NCBI GenBank assembly: GCA_041397365.1
Contig: JAWKWT010000012.1
Span: forward strand, 25,165 to 89,164
Length of the DNA stretch: 64,000 bases
Source of the DNA: Xanthobacteraceae bacterium
Lineage (GTDB): Bacteria; Pseudomonadota; Alphaproteobacteria; Rhizobiales; Xanthobacteraceae
Direction of reading: 5' to 3'
Part shown: positions 48,624 to 59,273 of the stretch, piece by piece
How the letters are laid out: each line of letters opens with the position of its first letter
Position numbering within the stretch: position 1 is the stretch's first letter
The notes under the pieces: model-generated
What the model was told of the DNA's origin: nothing
The model's database searches: none
Seen by the model: only the letters and a program-made list of their open reading frames with translations
Position numbers and translations under genes: made by a program

Positions 48624-48823
48624 CCGGCGTTTCCCTCGTTGTGTATTCTCAAGGCGATCCGCCGGTCGCGGCGCGATGCCATTGGCGGCGATGGTGGCAC
48701 GCGCCGCAGGCGGCGTAAATGCGCGCGGCCGCGCCGCGGTGTGCGCCTTGCGCATGCGGGAGCAGGGCAAATTCCGGCCGATGCCTTTGCGGACAGGCGT
48801 TTAAGTCGTATAGGTGAGCTCAC

Positions 48824-49115
48824 GCGGGCGTGGCGAAATTGGTAGACGCATCGGACTTGAAGGATTGAGTGCCCTTGGGGAAACCCTTGGAGCAGAACTG
48901 CTCAAAGTCGGGGAAACCTTCGCTGGCAATCCCGAGCCAAGCCTCCGCCAGGAGGAAGGTGTAGAGACTAGACGGGCGGCACCTACAGCTCACGAGCCAA
49001 GGTGAAGGGATAGTCCAGACCACGAACGCCGAATGGCGGCGGCGAAAGCCGAAGTGGTAAGAAAATCCGTGGGACCGCAAGGTCTGTGCCGGTTCGAGTC
49101 CGGCCGCCCGCACCA
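48824..49115 (+). tRNA. tRNA-Leu(UAA) interrupted by a 203-nt group I intron (exons 48824..48858 and 49062..49115)
   Basis: Acceptor GCGGGCG/CGCCCGC, D-arm GCG-AAAUUGGUAGA-CGC, anticodon stem UCGGA/UCCGU. The spliced loop is CUU|AAAA. Long variable arm, T-arm GCCGG-UUCGAGU-CCGGC, ACCA end. Confidence 0.85.
48859..49061 (+). ncRNA. group I (IC3-like) self-splicing intron
   Basis: It follows exon U58 and ends in G49061. GAGU (48867..48870) can form P1 with a U-G wobble. It has GAAA tetraloops. GAGCCAAGC...GAAGGUGUAGAGACUAGACGG (48955..48975) matches the recalled core of the Azoarcus tRNA-Ile intron. Confidence 0.8.
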
Positions 49116-49235
49116 GTTCTCCTGTTTCGATGGCATCCGAATTGTATGGTCGTGCGAGCCGACGCGCGGTCATCCGTGCCGGCGTTGCGACGGTGTCCAT
49201 GCGGGCACCGCCGCAACGATGGTCTGTCAGATGTA

Positions 49236-49730
49236 TCAGGCGGCGTTCCGGTTGATCGCGGATTCGGCCAGTTTGGTCAGCGTCGCATCGGTCTTCTTTT
49301 CTTCATCCAGCGTCTGCTGGAGAAGCTGTGCGGCTTCCTTCATCCCGAGCTGCTCGGCCCATGCCACCAGCGTTCCATAGCGCGCCATCTCGTAATGCTC
49401 GACCGCCTGCGCGCCCGACAAAAGGCCGGCGTCGAGGGCGGGCGAATCTTCGAAATCCTCCATGACCTCCTCGCCTTCCTCAACCAGGCCGAGGATCGCC
49501 GGACACGTCTTGCCCTTCGGCTGCTTTTTCAGAAGCTTGAAGACCTGCTTCAGCCGCTCGACCTGACCTTCGGTCTCCTGAACGTGCTTTTCGAACGCCG
49601 CGCGCAACTCGTCGGAGTTCACGGCCTTGGCCATCTTCGGCAACGCCACGAGGATTTTCCGTTCCGCGTAATAGATGTCCTTCAGGTTCTCGAGGAAAAG
49701 GTCTTCGAGGTCCTTGGTCTGTCCGGGCAT
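49236..49730 (-). CDS. ferritin-like DUF892 (YciF-type) stress protein
   Basis: MPGQTKDLEDLFLENLKDIYYAERKILVALPKMAKAV...EHYEMARYGTLVAWA. AGGAG lies before ATG 49730. Confidence 0.85.
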   Translation of the reverse strand: MPGQTKDLEDLFLENLKDIYYAERKILVALPKMAKAVNSDELRAAFEKHVQETEGQVERLKQVFKLLKKQPKGKTCPAILGLVEEGEEVMEDFEDSPALDAGLLSGAQAVEHYEMARYGTLVAWAEQLGMKEAAQLLQQTLDEEKKTDATLTKLAESAINRNAA

Positions 49731-49982
49731 TCGTCGCTCCTGAGATATTCGGTGGAATGCGCCCTTAACGGCTGCCGGCGGGCCTGGTTCCGTGATCGGC
49801 AGCAAGACCCATGCGACGTGTTGGCGGACATCATGGAGCCGTCCGCATCAGCGTCGGCGGCTGCCCGCGACCTGTATTTCCTGCCGGGAATGGTCGAAGC
49901 CGCGCGTGCGAGGAAAACCGGCTTCGGTTTGCGACTGTATCGAGAAAGGGCGCTGAAATTCGAGAGCCGACAAGCCGCGAGA

Positions 49983-50635
49983 TCAATCCTGTCCGTTCAT
50001 CGCCTGGTCGATGGCGCGGGCGAGATCGTCATCGAGAAACGGCTTCTGAAGCGTGACAAATTTGACGTTGCTCGCGGGCAACTCGGTATAGCCGGTCACG
50101 ATCACGATCCGGATGCGGGCACAGCGTCGCTCGCGGCGGCGGCAAGCTCGACGCCGGTCATGCCGGGCATCGACTGGTCCGTCACCAGCAGGTCGATGCA
50201 ATGGCCGCCACGCAGAATCTCCAGCGCTGCCTTGCCCGATGGCGCTTCGACGACGCTGTGGCCGAGATCCTCGAGCAAGGCGGTGACGTTCATGAGCACC
50301 AGCGGATCGTCGTCGACCGCGAGAATTCGTAAACTCGACGGTTGAGGCAGTGGTTGCGCGGCGGGCTGGGTGACGATGCGATTTGGGGCAGGATCGGCCG
50401 CCGGCGCGGCGCCGTAGTTGATCCTCCCGCGCGCGGGATCGCCCTCATGCGCGCTGTCTTCCCGAGAGCCGTATTCGCGAGACATGGCCGCGTCTTCTTC
50501 GGACATGACCGCAGCCGCCAAACCCTGATTCATCCAAGCACTCCCGGCGCCGCTACCGCACGAGCGCGTAAACCCAACGTCGGAGGAAACCGTCGGTTCC
50601 CCGGTTGCTTGAAAAAATGGCATGAGCGGGAACAA
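49983..50635 (-). pseudogene. response regulator receiver protein with an N-terminal extension, frame broken near 50125..50145
   Basis: LRILAVDDDPLVLMNVTALLEDLGHSVVEAPSGKAALEIL...LLVTDQSMPGMTGVELAAAA is in ORF 50102..50635. The remainder, IVIVTGYTELPASNVKFVTLQKPFLDDDLARAI, is in ORF 49983..50201. The start is uncertain. Confidence 0.7.
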
Positions 50636-50716
50636 TTACCCTTCGAGCGCATTTTAACCGTCAAACCCGAGAAGATGACAAGCTTTATGTGTTAAAATAG
50701 GCGCATACAGACGGCG

Positions 50717-53206
50717 ATGACTTCCGAACTCACGTCGGATCCGACCGTGTCGGATCAGGCTGTCCCGCAAAGGGTGACTGCCGGGGCTGATTCCGATCCT
50801 TCTGACAGTCTCCAGGCGCGGCTCGCGGCTATCGCTGCCGAACGCGACGAGTATGTGAGCGCTCTGCGCGAGCGTGAGGCGGAGCTTGCGCGCGTCCAGC
50901 AGATCGGCAAAGTCGGCGGCGTCGAAGTCGATCTCCGCTCTGGTTTCCGCAACCGTCGCTCGCCCGAATATCTGCTGATCCACGGTCTTCCGCCCTCGGC
51001 CGCGAACGAGACGCATCAGGATTGGGTCGGCCGCATCCACCCCGACGATCGTGAGCGGACCGAGCGGCAGTTCCTGGAGGCCGTTGCCGGCCATGCCGTC
51101 GATTATTTGTCCGAATATCGCATCGTCCGGCCGAATGACGGCGAGGTTCGCTGGATTCGTGTCGTCGCCAAGATCGAGCGCGACGAGGCCGGTCAGGCGA
51201 TCCGTCTGGTCGGCGCGCATATCGACATCACCGATCGCATGCTCGCGCAGGAAACGCTGCGCGAGAGCGAGGAGCGGTTCCGGCTGATCGCCGATTCCGC
51301 GCCGGTGCCGATCCTGGTCTGCCAGCGCGATGGCAAGTGGGAGTTCGCAAATCGCGCCTTGCAGGCGTTTCTCGGCACGAACGTCGAGGATGCGCCGGCC
51401 TTCGATTGGGTCTCGATCGTCCACCCGGAGGATTTGCCGCGGATCTTGCAGGAGCATTATGCTAACAAGTCCTCGGAGAAATCCTTCGTGCTGGAAGGGC
51501 GCTTCCGCAGGGCCGACGGCGAGTGGCGATGGGTGCGGGCGGAAATCCTGCCGCGCTACGATGCGGTAAGCCGGCACGTCGGCTTCATCGGCGTGGCGTA
51601 TGACATCACCATCGCCAAGCAGGCGGAGGAAGATCTCAAGCGCATCAATGAGGGGCTGCACGTTCAGATCGAGCGGCGGACGCGCGAGCACGACCGGCTC
51701 TGGAACGTCTCGCAGGACCTGCTGCTGATACTGGATCATCAGGGCCGGTGGCTGAGTGTCAATCCGGCGTGGTCCTCGGTTCTGGGATGGACCGAGACGG
51801 AGCTGATGAACGGCTTTGCGCCGGCCACGTCGCTGCTGCCGGAACCGTTTCTGGCTGCGGCGCGCGATCTGGTGGGTTTCGCGCTCGATCCGCACGCCAC
51901 GCGCTTCGAGAACCGCTTTGCGCATCGTGACGGGACCATGCGCTCCATCTCGTGGACGTCGGTGATCGACAATGATGCGATCTTCGCCGTCGGGCGCGAC
52001 GTGACCGCCGAACGCGAGGCGGAAGCCGCCCTGCGCGCCGCCGAGGATCAGCTGCGGCAGTCGCACAAGATGGAGGCGATCGGCCAGCTCACCGGCGGCA
52101 TCGCCCATGATTTCAACAATCTCCTGACCGGGATCATCGGCGGGCTGGCGATCGTCCAGCGCCGGATCGACAGCGGACGCTATGACGATGTCGCGCGCTT
52201 CATGCAGGCGGCGACGGCATCGGCGCATCGCGCCGCCGCGCTCACCCACCGGCTGCTGGCGTTCTCGCGCCGTCAGCCGCTGGCGCCGCGCACGTTGGAC
52301 GTCTGCCATCTCGTGCGCGGCATGGAGGAGATGATCCAGCGCAGCCTCGGCGAGCAGGTGCGTCTGAGCATCGGCTGCGAGGCCTTGCCGTTGATTGTGG
52401 AAGCCGATCCCCATCAGCTCGAAAACGCCATTCTCAACCTTGCGATCAATGCGCGCGACGCCATGCCGGATGGCGGCAAACTGACCATCGCCTGCGGTCT
52501 CGTGGCGATCGACGGGCGGCAGGCCACTCTGCATGAACCGATCGAGCCCGGCGACTATGTCGCGATCGATGTGCGCGACCATGGCGTCGGTATGGATGCG
52601 GAGACGATCAAGCGCGCCTTCGATCCGTTCTTCACGACGAAGCCGATCGGGCAGGGGACCGGGCTCGGCCTGTCGATGGTCTATGGCTTCGCCAAGCAGT
52701 CGAAAGGACATGTCCGGATCGACAGCCAGAAGGGCGCAGGGACAACGCTCACGATCCTGCTGCCGCAAAGCAAGGCCGGCTTGGACCGTGCGGGCGCGGA
52801 AAGCGCCGGCGCGATCGCGAAGGCGTCGAGCGGTGAAAGCATCCTGCTCGTCGAAGACGAGGTTGCCGTCCGCCTCGTGGTGGCAGACCTGCTGAGCGAG
52901 ATCGGCTACCGGGTGACGCAGGCGGAGAACGCGCCCGAGGCGCTGGAGCTGCTGGAGCGGCTGCCGGACCTGCATATGCTGATTACCGATGTCGGCCTGC
53001 CGGGAATGGACGGCCGGCAACTCGCGGAGCGGGTGCTTGCGAGCCGGCCACGGGCGAAGGTTCTGTTCATGACCGGCTATGCCGAGCGGGCCATTCCCAG
53101 CGCCGAACTGCTGACCTCCGGGGGGCAGGTGATCGTCAAGCCGTTCGTGGTCGAGACCTTCGCCGAGACGGTGCGCAAGGTGCTGGATTCCCGCACAGCG
53201 CCGTAA
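50717..53206 (+). CDS. hybrid sensor histidine kinase (PAS repeats, HisKA, HATPase, C-terminal receiver)
   Basis: PAS-like repeats (YRIVRPNDGEVRWIR, RFRRADGEWRWVR). H-box GGIAHDFNNLLTGI, N/G boxes NLAINARDAMPDGG and GTGLGLSMVYG. REC domain ILLVEDE...LITDVGLPGMDG. Confidence 0.9.
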   Translation: MTSELTSDPTVSDQAVPQRVTAGADSDPSDSLQARLAAIAAERDEYVSALREREAELARVQQIGKVGGVEVDLRSGFRNRRSPEYLLIHGLPPSAANETHQDWVGRIHPDDRERTERQFLEAVAGHAVDYLSEYRIVRPNDGEVRWIRVVAKIERDEAGQAIRLVGAHIDITDRMLAQETLRESEERFRLIADSAPVPILVCQRDGKWEFANRALQAFLGTNVEDAPAFDWVSIVHPEDLPRILQEHYANKSSEKSFVLEGRFRRADGEWRWVRAEILPRYDAVSRHVGFIGVAYDITIAKQAEEDLKRINEGLHVQIERRTREHDRLWNVSQDLLLILDHQGRWLSVNPAWSSVLGWTETELMNGFAPATSLLPEPFLAAARDLVGFALDPHATRFENRFAHRDGTMRSISWTSVIDNDAIFAVGRDVTAEREAEAALRAAEDQLRQSHKMEAIGQLTGGIAHDFNNLLTGIIGGLAIVQRRIDSGRYDDVARFMQAATASAHRAAALTHRLLAFSRRQPLAPRTLDVCHLVRGMEEMIQRSLGEQVRLSIGCEALPLIVEADPHQLENAILNLAINARDAMPDGGKLTIACGLVAIDGRQATLHEPIEPGDYVAIDVRDHGVGMDAETIKRAFDPFFTTKPIGQGTGLGLSMVYGFAKQSKGHVRIDSQKGAGTTLTILLPQSKAGLDRAGAESAGAIAKASSGESILLVEDEVAVRLVVADLLSEIGYRVTQAENAPEALELLERLPDLHMLITDVGLPGMDGRQLAERVLASRPRAKVLFMTGYAERAIPSAELLTSGGQVIVKPFVVETFAETVRKVLDSRTAP

Positions 53207-53421
53207 GCAAGCCGGCGCAAGGATCGGCAGAGCTGGCATGCTGATGGCTACCGCTGGACAGGCGATGCCGCGCGTGTCATTGGCGCAGGCTGCACGATGC
53301 GTGGGCCATCGGCAGCAAAATGACAGAAAGGCCGGAAAGGCCAAAAATCAGGGTTCGAAACAAGATGCGATCAAAGGCTGCTTTTCCGCGCCGTGGCGGA
53401 ACCGAATTTCTCACCCGCGCC

Positions 53422-54162
53422 ATGCAATCCTGTCTCCATCTTGCGACGACGCTCGCCGTGCTGCTTGTCGCGGCAACCACCGGCACCGCGCTGGCGCAGG
53501 AGCCGAAGCTGACGCTGCTGCCCGATATGGTTCTCACCGGCCCGACCGACCGGCTGTCGCTCGAAGCGCCGAAGGGGATCGATGTCTCCAAGGTGAAGCT
53601 GTCGCAGATTTCAGTCGTGCCGGATAACGACGTGCGCGGCATCAAGATCATCGGCACCGACACGAGAGCCGTGGCGATCGCGCTCGATCTTGCCGGCAAC
53701 GCGAAGATCGGCAAGCGCGAGATCAGGCTGTCGGTGGACGGCAAGGTTTTGACCGGCACGCTGGATGTGATCCAGGGGCCGTCGCTGGCCATCGAATGGC
53801 CGGGCGCCGCGTCGCAGAATAAAAAGGCCACCACCACGCTGAGCGTGCAATCGCGCGCCGGGCTCGATCTGTCGAAGGTCGAGGCGAAGGACATCACAGT
53901 CACGCCGGCGGGCGTGTCGGTGGTGGAGGTGAGCGGACAAAGCGCCGAAGCGCTGACGCTGGGGCTTAACGTTGCATCGTCGGCCGACCGCAATGCGGTG
54001 CGCACGCTGAAAATCGGGCGGGACCTCAACATGGCCGCGAACTTCTCGCTGGCGACCAAGCCGCATGCGCCGAAAGCCTGCGCGAAGCTGCAACATTGCT
54101 GCGAAGGCACGGCCGACCGCTGCACCGTCTGCCGTCCGCTCGATCAGCTCTGCAAGAAGTAA
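53422..54162 (+). CDS. hypothetical secreted protein with a Cys-rich C-terminus
   Basis: Signal peptide MQSCLHLATTLAVLLVAATTGTALA. Repeated beta-rich modules. C-terminus CAKLQHCCEGTADRCTVCRPLDQLCKK. Upstream in-frame starts at 53320 and 53365 are possible. Confidence 0.6.
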   Translation: MQSCLHLATTLAVLLVAATTGTALAQEPKLTLLPDMVLTGPTDRLSLEAPKGIDVSKVKLSQISVVPDNDVRGIKIIGTDTRAVAIALDLAGNAKIGKREIRLSVDGKVLTGTLDVIQGPSLAIEWPGAASQNKKATTTLSVQSRAGLDLSKVEAKDITVTPAGVSVVEVSGQSAEALTLGLNVASSADRNAVRTLKIGRDLNMAANFSLATKPHAPKACAKLQHCCEGTADRCTVCRPLDQLCKK

Positions 54163-54257
54163 TCGCTCGAAAGAGATTGCGGCGCGCGCGTGTCTGCTGT
54201 CATTCTTCGAAAACCCGTGACGCGGAGAACCGCGCCGACGATTTTGGGAGGGGCACG

Positions 54258-55949
54258 ATGACGGCAGACTGGCGCAGCCGCGCGGGCACGAGCTTTGCCT
54301 GCCAGAAACAGGTCGCGACCGGCAGTCGCGGCGTGGTCGTGAGCAATCATCCGCTGGCCTCGGCGGCGGGCGCGGAAATGCTCGCCGCCGGCGGCAACGC
54401 CATCGATGCCGCGATCGCGACACTGTTCACGCTGACGGTTGTGGAGCCGATGATGGTCGGCATCATCGGCGGCGGCATCGCGCATATCCGCCTCGCCGAT
54501 GGCAGCCATCGATTTATCGACGGGCAGAGCACGGTGCCGCTCGCGGTGCGGCCGGACACCTATCGCTCCAGGCCCGGCTCTGCGCATGACGTGTTCGACA
54601 CGGTGGACGACGAGAATCTGAACGGGCCGCGCGCGGTCGCCACGCCCGGCTCGCTGAAAGCCTGGTGCGAAACGCTTGAACGGTTCGGCACCATGAGCCT
54701 CGCCGATGTCATGCAGCCGGCGATCAAGCATGCCGCGCGCGGTTTCGCGGCGACGCCCTATCTGCACGAATGCATCGTCGATGGCGCGAGCGAGATGCGC
54801 AAGGACAAGCCGATCTCGACGATCTATCTGCCGGACGGCGAGCCGCTGAAGGCCGGCGCGCGCGTCGTGCAATCCGAATATGCCGAGACGCTGCGCTATA
54901 TCGCGCAGCACGGATCGGCCGCGCTTTACGAAGGCGCGCTCGGCGACGTTCTCGTCGACTACATGAAAGCCAATCGCGGCTTCATCACGCGCGACGATCT
55001 CAGCTGGTACAAAACCGCCGAGCGCGCGCCGATCAAGGCCGACTATCGCGGCTGGGAAATTCTCGGGCCGCCGCCGCCGGCCGCCTCCGGCGTGCATATC
55101 GCGCAGATGCTGAATATCCTCGAAGGCTACGACGTCGCGGCCATGGGGTTCGGCACGGCCGAGACGATCCACCTTCTGGCGGAAGTGCTGAAGATCGCCT
55201 TCGCCGACCGCGCGGCGGCGAGCGGCGATCCGGATTTCATCAACGTGCCGGTGGAGCGGCTGACCTCGAAGGACTATGCCGCCGAGCGGCGCGGCGCGAT
55301 CGATCCGACGCGTGCGCAGGCGTGGGATGCGGGCGTGCAGCAGCTTGAGAGCGCGCACACCACGCATATGACCGCGGCCGATGCGTTCGGCAATGTGGTT
55401 GCGACCACGCAGACCATCAACAATCTGTTCGGCGCGAAAATCCTGATTCCGGGGCTCGGCACGGTGCCCAACAACTACATGAATCTCTATGACCCGCGGC
55501 CGGGTCATGCGCTGTCGCTCGCGCCGGGCAAGCGCGTCACCACCTCGATGTCGCCGATGATGGCGCTGCGCGACGGCAAATTGCGCTACGCGCTCGGCCT
55601 GCCGGGCGGCAAGCGCATTTTCCCCAGCGCGTTTCAGGCGCTGGTCAATCTGATCGATCACGGCATGAGCTTGCAGGAGGCGGTGGAAGCGCCGCGCGTG
55701 TGGACCGAAGGCAATGCGCTGGAGGTCGAGCAGGCGGTGCCGCTGCCGGTTCGCGAGGCGCTGAAGGCGCGGGGACATGATGTGCTGCCGGTCGCCACCG
55801 TCGCCGGCGGCATGAACGGCATTGCCTTTCACGAGGATGGAACGATGTACGGCTCGGCCTGCTGGCGCGCCGACGGAACGCCGGTCGCGTTGGCGGGTGG
55901 CCTGGCGAAGCCCGGCGTCCGTTTCCGCATCGACCCGCTGCCGAGTTAA
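54258..55949 (+). CDS. ggt: gamma-glutamyltransferase
   Basis: GVVVSNHPLASAAGAEMLAAGGNAIDAAIA...SAHTTHMTAADAFGNVVATTQTINNLFG contains the nucleophile Thr region. GGGAGGGG lies before ATG 54258. Confidence 0.9.
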   Translation: MTADWRSRAGTSFACQKQVATGSRGVVVSNHPLASAAGAEMLAAGGNAIDAAIATLFTLTVVEPMMVGIIGGGIAHIRLADGSHRFIDGQSTVPLAVRPDTYRSRPGSAHDVFDTVDDENLNGPRAVATPGSLKAWCETLERFGTMSLADVMQPAIKHAARGFAATPYLHECIVDGASEMRKDKPISTIYLPDGEPLKAGARVVQSEYAETLRYIAQHGSAALYEGALGDVLVDYMKANRGFITRDDLSWYKTAERAPIKADYRGWEILGPPPPAASGVHIAQMLNILEGYDVAAMGFGTAETIHLLAEVLKIAFADRAAASGDPDFINVPVERLTSKDYAAERRGAIDPTRAQAWDAGVQQLESAHTTHMTAADAFGNVVATTQTINNLFGAKILIPGLGTVPNNYMNLYDPRPGHALSLAPGKRVTTSMSPMMALRDGKLRYALGLPGGKRIFPSAFQALVNLIDHGMSLQEAVEAPRVWTEGNALEVEQAVPLPVREALKARGHDVLPVATVAGGMNGIAFHEDGTMYGSACWRADGTPVALAGGLAKPGVRFRIDPLPS

Positions 55950-56018
55950 TCTGCGGCCTCAATAGCGACACAGGCGCGTTCTACCGGACGCCGGGTTTGA
56001 CAATTTGTCTGATGTGAA

Positions 56019-56429
56019 ATGGTGCAGGGGCGCGTGTCGGGGACTGTTCGGGTTGTGTTGCTTGCAATGCTGGCGCTGGGGCTCGCGGGCTGCGCCGGCG
56101 CGCCCGGCCGCGGCTTCGACGAAAGCGCGGTGTTCGCCGATCCGGCGCATTATTCGCTCTATGATTGCAAGCAGCTCGCCGCCGCGCATCAAACGCATGC
56201 GGCGCGGGTGGAGGAACTGAAGCGCCTGATGGCCAAGGCGGAGACCGGTCCGGCCGGCAGCGTCATGTCGGAACTGGCCTACCGCTCCGACTATCTGTCC
56301 GCGCAGGCGCAGCTCAAGGCCGTCAACGCGCGCGACGGCGCGCAACCGATGCGGTTCCGAAGGGGCGGCGCAAAATCCCGCGCCGGCTGGCCAGAGCACC
56401 GGGCGGCTCTACTGATCGGTGTTGCCTGA
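56019..56429 (+). CDS. hypothetical lipoprotein
   Basis: Lipobox LALGLAGC after a signal sequence. The 3' end overlaps the convergent monooxygenase gene by ~20 nt. Confidence 0.55.
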   Translation: MVQGRVSGTVRVVLLAMLALGLAGCAGAPGRGFDESAVFADPAHYSLYDCKQLAAAHQTHAARVEELKRLMAKAETGPAGSVMSELAYRSDYLSAQAQLKAVNARDGAQPMRFRRGGAKSRAGWPEHRAALLIGVA

Positions 56430-57654
56430 GATGTCGGGACGCCAGCCATAGAGCCAGTCCCGTTGCGCCATCAGGCGCGCCCCGCCGAGGAGCTTCATCG
56501 TCAGGTCGCGCGCGGTCGCGACCGGTTCGGGCAGGTGGAAGATCCCGCCGGACTGCGCCGTCACGCGCTGCACGCGGGCGACGCGCGCGCGCCGCAGCTC
56601 CGCATAGCGCCGAAAGGCCTGGCTCGGATCGTCGTGTTGCGACAGCAATGCTGCGAGCATCGCTGCGTCCTCGATTGCCATCGCCGCGCCCTGGGCCGCG
56701 AAGGGCGGCATCGCGTGCGAGGCGTCGCCGATCAGCGCGACGCGGCCTTGTGTGAATTCCGCAAACGGCATCTTGAACAGCGGCCATTTCGTCCATGACG
56801 GAACGGCCGCGATGATCGCGCGGACGTCGTTCGTCCAGCGGAGACTTTCGATATAGAAGGAAACGGCGTCCGGATCGCCGGCGTCATTCGGGTCGGGTCG
56901 GGTTTCCGCGCCGGGCAGGATCGCCACCACGTTGAGAAGCCCGCGCTCCCGCATCGGATAGGCGACCAGATGCGCGCCGCTGTCGAGCCAAGTCATGACG
57001 CTGTTCATGACGCTGTCGCCACGAAGCGACGATGGCAGCGCGTCGGTCGTGGCCATGCCGCGCCATGCGACATAGCCGGTGAACGCCGCATGCGTCCGGA
57101 AAACCTGCTCGCGCAGGCGCGACCAGACGCCGTCCGCGCCGATCAGCGCGGCGGCTTGCAGGTGGATTCTTTGCGCGGCCGTTCGGCAAACGATATTCAC
57201 CTCGGCGGGCGTGGTCTCTACCCGCTCGAACGCCGTTTCCAGTCGCAATTCGATCTGCGGAAAATCGCGCAGGCGCGCCAGCAGGGCGGATTGCAGTTCG
57301 GCGCGGTGCAAAACCCAATAGGGCGCGCCGTAGCGGGCGGCGCCGCCCGGTCCGAGCGGCATGCGCAGGATTTCCGCGCCGCTACGGGCGCGCATGATGC
57401 GGATGTCGGCAGGCGCGATCACCCGCGCGGCGAGGAGCGGCTCCAGCCCCAGCTCGATGAGGATGCGGCTCGCATTGGGCGAAAGTTGCAGGCCCGCACC
57501 GGTCTCTTCCAGGCGCGGCGCGCGATCGATGAAGCGTGACGTCGAAGCGCCGTTTCGCCAGCGCGATCGCCGCGGTCAGGCCGGCGATGCCTGCGCCGGC
57601 GACAACGATCCTGCGCGAGGCCGGCGTCAGGCCGCCTTGTCCTTCAGCGCGCAT
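56409..57654 (-). pseudogene. FAD-dependent monooxygenase (salicylate/UbiH-type hydroxylase), frame broken near 57532
   Basis: RRIVVAGAGIAGLTAAIALAKRRFDVTL is in the frame of ORF 57382..57795. IDRAPRLEETGAGLQLSPNASRILIELGL...ALIGDASHAMPPFAAQGAAMAIEDA is in the frame of ORF 56409..57422. There is an extra nt in cttcatcgat. Confidence 0.8.
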
Positions 57655-57872
57655 TCCGGCGGCCGCGACTCGGTGGGGGCCAGATCCTTGGCGTAGCGAT
57701 AGAGCGTCGAGCAATAGGGGCAGATGATCTCGCGATCGTTGCCCATGTCGAGAAAGACATGCGGATGATCGAATGGCGGCCGCGCGCCGACACACATGAA
57801 TTCGGTCGCGCCGATCTCGATGACGGAAACACCCGCATCATTCTGGAAGTGGGGAACGACGTGATCGGCCAT
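57627..57872 (-). CDS. zinc-finger domain protein (NDUFS6-like Zn-ribbon)
   Basis: MADHVVPHFQNDAGVSVIEIGATEFMCVGARPPFDHPHVFLDMGNDREIICPYCSTLYRY. Confidence 0.8.
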   Translation of the reverse strand: MADHVVPHFQNDAGVSVIEIGATEFMCVGARPPFDHPHVFLDMGNDREIICPYCSTLYRYAKDLAPTESRPPECALKDKAA

Positions 57873-58161
57873 CTCAAAACCTCGACAAAATCCGCAAGGC
57901 CGGCGAAAGGAGCAAACCCCGCCGGCACGAGCAGCGTTTAGCATAGTTCCGGCGGTTTCCAATTCCCAGCGGTGGAAACCTGTCCCGCGATTTGCGCCGA
58001 CGCAGCATTTGCGTCGCTGACCGACAAATTCGACACAATCTGCGGGTTTAGGAAGACCGTCTTTGGTCGCACCCGTCAGAGTTGCGCTGGCGGAGGGCGT
58101 GGTTATCTGTTGTGCGGCCCCATGTGACGGGGCGCATGATTCCCGGAGCGGAACGGACCGC

Positions 58162-59273
58162 ATGAACGCGCGCGCACGGCTTCTTCTCAGTCTCGCAAGT
58201 CTTGCGGCCTGCGCCGTCGCCCTGGCGGTGGTGGTACCGCAGGCGCGCGATGCCGCGGCGACTTTTCTGGTGCAGGATGATCCGGCCGCCTTGAGCGACC
58301 TCCAGCTTCGGCGGGCGACGAAGGCGGACCCCGCGCTGGTGGAACGTGAAATCGATCTGGCATTGGCCGACGGCGACACCGATCTGGCGAGCAGTTTTGT
58401 TGATCTTGCCGCCGCGCAGGGACTCCCTCTGTCGTCCGACCAGATCGCGCGCGTTCAGGACGCCGTGGCAGAAGCGGGCTCGGTGTCGCATCTGGCGGGG
58501 CGGTTCACGACCGGGTTCCTGACCGGCGACGTCAGCGATGTCGCAAGCTTCAGCGGTACGGTCGCCGGCGACCTGTTCACCTTCGGCGATATCCGCGACG
58601 TCGTCCGCGAAAGCCATCGGCTGGCGACCGGCGCGGAGGCGGACAGCCTGGTTCTCGCCCTGGCGGCGGTCGGCCTCGCGGTCACCGCCGGCACCTATGC
58701 CTCGGTCGGCACCGCGAGCCCCGCGCGCGCAGGTCTGAGCCTGTTCAAGGGCGCCCGCAAGAGCGCGCGGCTCTCCGCCGGCCTCACAGACTGGGCGCGG
58801 CGCTCGGCCGCCGGCATCGTCGACACGGCCGCGCTGCGGCGGGCGGCCGGCAGCGCTTCGGTCACGCGCCCGCTCGAATCGGCCGGCGCGATCAAGGCGG
58901 CGATCCGCACCGAGAAAGCCGGGCTGATGGTCGCGGCGCTGAAAGATGTCGGGCAGGTCGGACGCAAGGCGGGAACGCGGACGGCGCTCGATGTCGTCAA
59001 GGTCGCGGACAATCGAAGGACCTCGCCCGCGCGGCGCGGCTGGCGGGATCGAAAGGCAGCCAGACCCGCGCGCTCCTGAAGGTGCTCGGCCGCGGCGCGC
59101 TGCTGCTGACGGCCGGCGCGTTCCAGCTCGCGAGCTGGATTTTCTCCGCGCTGCTTTTCATCCTGGGCCTCGTCGTCTCGATCAAATCGCTGACCGAGCG
59201 GCTGACCTTCGCCTGGCTGCGGCGTGCGCGCGAGCGGCGTTTGCGGAACGCAGCCATGGGCGCTAGAGCATGA
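58162..59273 (+). pseudogene. hypothetical membrane protein, frame broken near 59014
   Basis: MNARARLLLSLASLAACAVALAVVV...LDVVKVADN is in one frame. KDLARAARLAGSKGSQTRALLKVLGRGALLLTAGAFQLASWIFSALLFILGLVV is in the next (ORF 59082..59273). One nt is missing in gacaatc-gaagg. Confidence 0.65.

Noticed and set aside
49116-49235. Integration site or genomic island at the 3' end of the tRNA-Leu gene
   Set aside because: There is no integrase, no direct repeat of the tRNA 3' end and no composition shift downstream. The next gene is a host-like DUF892 protein.
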